The position numbers and the translations under genes are program-made. A stretch of DNA of 63,809 nt, the filler included, from Klebsormidium nitens (lineage: Eukaryota; Plantae; Klebsormidiophyceae): NCBI GenBank assembly GCA_000708835.1. It is 4 parts of 4 records of this genome, joined end to end, with 100 filler letters (N's around TTAATTAATTAA, not from the genome) between each part and the next. Parts side by side here need not be neighbours in the genome. Positions count along the whole stretch, not along the records: positions 37,322 to 62,219 come from DF237847.1; positions 62,320 to 63,809 come from DF238476.1; 2 more parts are not named here. One strand, 5' to 3'. The notes under the pieces are model-generated. The model did not search any database. It was not told the origin of the DNA and saw only the letters and a list, made by a program, of their open reading frames with translations. Below are positions 60,001 to 63,809 of this stretch, in pieces; positions within the stretch are counted from its first letter, which is position 1; each line of letters starts with the position of its first letter.

Positions 60001-61005
60001 AAGTCAAACCTCCCTGCACGCCCTTCTACCTTCATTTTCATTAAATTGGATCAAGCGCATCTGACTAAAATCTCTACGTCAACACCGTGCTTCCGACAAA
60101 TGACCCGAAAAGCTTGGGACTTAACTCTAGCGTTTTCACAGGGACTTGAATCAAGCCTCACAGAACCGAAGCGGTATTCTGACAAGAGCCCACAAGTGCC
60201 TGAGTTTCCACATTCTTATGTCCAGAACTGTTCTAAACTGACTTCCCAACTCTGGCGAGCCCAATGAGCGTCAAGTCATATTTCTCCTCCGCGACGTCAT
60301 CTTACCCCACGCCCGTTCTCGTAATTTTGCAGTATGTCGCGGGCCTGTGCTTCATCACGCGACACCCTGCGTTTGAGGCGTGCGTGGACCAGGTCGTACA
60401 GCACATTTCAGGGGGCGGGGTGGGGTCCCTCTCTGAGGAGACGCTCGCTGCGGGGCTGAAGAAATCCTTTGCCGATCTTGACGACACGCAGGTGAACCAT
60501 CGCTTTTTCGGACTTCCATAATAGCATTTCTGCCCAGTCTGCTTGCTTTAAGCACGCCTAATGCTCAAACCAGTTGGCAGCCTTTGATGATTTAATGGCA
60601 GGAAGTTGTTCTGATGCCAAACATGCAGGACGCTGGCGCATACTGGTTATGCTTCTCATAGCCGTACATCTCTCCGGAATGAAAGTCTGGCTGGTCCCCG
60701 TGGTCGTCTCTCGGCCGCACTCAGAAATTGTTACTTTTCACCACTTGCTAGTTGACGTCGCATTCCTTCGCTTGTCAGTTCTGTTGAAGCCTGTGTTTGT
60801 CCTTCTGGTGAAACAAGTTCGCACCTTTCTTTATCCGCAGTTGTCCCGGTTGCACAAGCGACTTCTAGCCGTGGAGGTTTCTAAAGAGGAGCGGGCTTCC
60901 AAGGAGGGCGTCACTGCCGAAATCATGAAGACCTTTTTGCAAAAGAACCCCGACTTTTTGGCGGCGTTTGTGCACCTAAAACCAGAGCTGCTAAGCAAGG
61001 CTTAG
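54043..61005 (+). CDS. LPEAT2: Lysophospholipid acyltransferase, LPEAT2/LPCAT-like, with C-terminal EF-hand region
   Basis: Exons ~54043-54609, 55465-55571, 56760-56929, 57809-57901, 59036-59313, 59618-59671, 60334-60492 and 60841-61005. Motifs include IVVGNHMSFTEP (HxxxxE variant), LLFPEGCTTNG, FKAGGF, PVQPVAIKY, EYLPVIYP and EF-hand-like FDLNGTEGINFRE. Confidence 0.9.
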
Positions 61006-62219
61006 CACCGAGCCAGTACAGTTGTCGTTCTCCTTAAGAGTAGTAATACTCCAGAAAATAAACAGTTGCTCTGATTGCGACCATGTAATACCGTCTGAAC
61101 CCGCAGTGACGACTTTGGGAAATATCTTTGAGCCGCATTTATATTTTGGACCTATCCGCACCTCACAACCGAGCTTGTTTTGAGAGAACTCGGCTTTCAA
61201 TGCGCATGCCTAAGCTAGCCTCAGGTGCACATGCATAAGCTCAAGTGAGCAGTTTGGGCCGTGACTGTCCAATGGTCAATTAAAGTATCGTATACTTGTG
61301 GGCCGGCCTCCGATTGCATGAGGGACCATTAGTATGCCGCCGGCCATCCATGCCAGCTGCAGCTAAGCTGCATGAGCATGATGCCGCCCCAGTGCCGTTA
61401 CACCATGCGGCGGCCGGCCGGGCCGGCGCGGTATAAAATGGCGGTGACTATGTTTTTATTTGTGACATCTTATATTGACAATTAACGGCTATGAAGTTCT
61501 ATGTATATATGAGCCGCAAATCATTAGTGATTCATATTGCGTATCCAGGCGGCATTAAGTTGTCAAACTAGGGTGCGGCGTAATGATCGACAACGTACAA
61601 TATATGCCTAGCTCTCATGCAACTTCAAGTTTAACTTGATGGTACGCCAGTTCCAACTAAATCTTTGAAACATGGTGCGTCAAGAGCCATATACCGTATG
61701 CATGATCAACCGGTTGATACAGATTCTATTGTTCTGCTTTATACGAGTTCCCACACAACGTGCTGCATGGCACATGAGTTTTGAGGTCACTTTTTCTGTG
61801 TCACCGAAGACATTGAAATCGTCACGTGACTGACTGCAATGGCCAACAAATTTACAGAACGAGCAGTCTACAACCCGGACAGTTCCGTGTCTTAGTATAG
61901 GCACCTCCAGCACAGAAAGGCACCGGCTGCAGTTTGCAGACGCCTCAAATGCCGGCAGAAGACTCGAACGTCTCCGCAACCTGCACAGCCACAAGACAGG
62001 CACAAGCTGTGGAAGACGCCGTGCACCCCTGGAAAACTGCCAGTGCTGAGATTTGAAATCAAGTGCATGGATTTCAGCCTACTGAAACCTGAGCACTGAG
62101 AAACGCGCACTCCCCCAGTTTCAAGAGTGCTCGGGGAGCCTCAAGCGGCTGCCGGTCCAGGACGGCTCTTGACAATTCTCAGCGTCAACCTCGTGGGAAA
62201 AAGATACTAAATATGTAAC

Positions 62220-62320
62220 NNNNNNNNNNNNNNNNNNNNNNNNNNNNNNNNNNNNNNNNNNNNTTAATTAATTAANNNNNNNNNNNNNNNNNNNNNNNNN
62301 NNNNNNNNNNNNNNNNNNNT
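62220..62320. other. Assembly gap with TTAATTAATTAA spacer
   Basis: N run with the same spacer. Confidence 0.95.
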
Positions 62321-62680
62321 TAGGCGGTTAGGCGGTTAACTGGCGTCACTTCTTGAAAGAAGTATGGCACGGTCCCCCGAGCGACAACAAACTTGTTTGC
62401 AATTTGCGGCAGGCAACGGATGCAAGAGCAATGATTTTCTTTAAGAAGGGGTTTGCCCGGTGTAAGACGGAAGGCGTGGTGGAAATGGCTTGCAATACTG
62501 CGGAACATTGCAACTGTGAGGGAGGCAAAAGCATCTTGACAGTTAAGGGGCCGATCAAGATGGAGCGTCGGTTCGGAAAAGCGACACAAGCGACACTGAA
62601 GCCGCGAGTGACAGTGGAGGAGGAGCAAGTGGAGGCGAGGCGGGTCAAAGTCATAGAGGGTGACTGTTGATCCGCCTCGT

Positions 62681-63043
62681 TGTTGGGAATGGATGATTGA
62701 ATGATTGAATGATCAAATTCATACAATAAATAACGAGTGTTCATAGTCCAGCGGTGCTAAAGCTATGTAGTTCGTGTGCTGTGCTAGACTCACTCAAGTA
62801 GAGTCACCCTCCTAGTCTAGGTCTATACTGATACCCTAGTAGACTCGGTTGATCGTGGATAAGCAACTTCAAAAGACTCGCGCAATCGCCTGCTCAGTAC
62901 GGCGGTTACTCAACGAGTCATTCGGGTGTAACGCTGTAACCTGCGTGCATTTAACCGCCAATCGCTAACTACCGCTTATCGTTGTGATTAATCCCTGAAC
63001 GTCGCCCAAGAGACCGCGCACACTAAATGCCCGGATCCCAAGA
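62681..63043 (-). mobile_element. Putative 3' LTR of a Ty1/Copia remnant
   Basis: Bounded by the inverted termini TGTTGGGA (62681) and TCCCAAGA (63036-63043; one mismatch from TCCCAACA). A purine tract (minus strand GTGTGGAGGAG) lies immediately outside, just downstream of the RNase H stop. Confidence 0.6.
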
Positions 63044-63063
63044 CTCCTCCACACACTAATGAC

Positions 63064-63400
63064 TTATGCAAATCCTATCCCGCTCTTGCACTTCTTGAAC
63101 TTCCCCAATGCTAACGCCTTGATCATGGTGTCCGCCTTCATGTCCTCCGTCCTGCAGTACGCAAACGCGACCTCTTTGCGTGCCACACGCTCCCGTGTAA
63201 AAGTGATTAATCAGGTCAATGTGCTTCAACCAATGTGAAGCGATCGGGTGCTTGAGGATCCGTATAGCCCCTTGGTCGTTGCAGTAAATCTGGACCGTCC
63301 CGAGGTCCAATTCAAAATCTCCCCGGAGCTTGCGAAACCACAACGCCTCCTTCACCGCTTGCGCTGCGCTTATGCATTCCGCCTCTACCGTTGAGGGCAT
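63064..63400 (-). pseudogene. Degenerate Ty1/Copia RNase H domain
   Basis: STVEAECISAAQAVKEALWFRKL, IYCNDQGAI and KHIDLINHF are followed by a 1-nt frameshift in a T run (~63200) into TRERVARKEVAFAYCRTEDMKADTMIKAL. CDNQ and RSKHID are mutated. Confidence 0.85.
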
Positions 63401-63809
63401 CACCGTGTTGAAAGCAAGCGCCTTTCAAGTTCACAACCACCAGAAATGAATATCCATCTCATGGCAATGTCCAAGGCATTCCAAATCCGTAGGTAGGTGT
63501 ACCCTAGCCTTACTAGCCTAGTCCACCTCTACCGGGCACTAGTCGGTTCAACTATATGAAGTCCTATCCAAGTGACCGGGTCACTATATGACGCACTCGG
63601 GTCACTATACGACTCGCTATATGGGCTAATTACCACTCGGACTTGTGGTCGGTAGTAGTATACCGAGGTGGTCGGTAGTACCGTACTACTAGGTCGGGGC
63701 TACTACACACTAGTGGTCGGGGCTCCTAAATCACTCGACTCGACTCAAAATCGGACGGTCGATATTGCGTGAATAACACACCAAATAACTTGCCATCCTA
63801 CGGTCGATG

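Noticed and set aside
61950-62000. Possible terminal exon VAETFESSAGI* on the minus strand, truncated by the gap
   Set aside because: It is too short to support a gene call.
62321-62680. ORF beside the gap ending in EGDC followed by TGTTG, which could be read as a plus-strand PPT/LTR
   Set aside because: The LTR is better explained as the 3' LTR of the minus-strand Copia, and the ORF has no convincing domain.

Overview
Intron-rich, GC3-biased eukaryotic genomic DNA from a streptophyte green alga. The style and the N-gaps carrying a TTAATTAATTAA spacer suggest a Klebsormidium-type draft assembly (inference). I reconstructed ten spliced genes by hand, with consistent splice phases: a double-Tudor (PTM/DIR17-like) protein, a secreted 11S-globulin-like bicupin, GLY1-type glycerol-3-phosphate dehydrogenase, UBA5, an EG16-like GH16 enzyme with signal peptide and transmembrane anchor, COQ4, an RRM-RNase HI fusion, an orphan gene, a DA1/DAR LIM-peptidase and an LPEAT2-like acyltransferase with EF-hand region. 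Mobile DNA comprises an APE-type LINE with a 2A-like GDIHPNPGP motif, a 623-bp TA-flanked MITE, and a Copia remnant (LTR, PPT, RNase H). The most striking unexplained structure is repeated tandem copying of exon-intron junctions into neighbouring introns of DA1 and LPEAT, leaving stacks of decoy splice sites. Other notable items are the RRM-RNase H fusion, the 2A-like LINE, the membrane-tethered EG16 and a GTAC-dense array. Exon coordinates were counted by eye and may be off by a few bases. No database searches were run.
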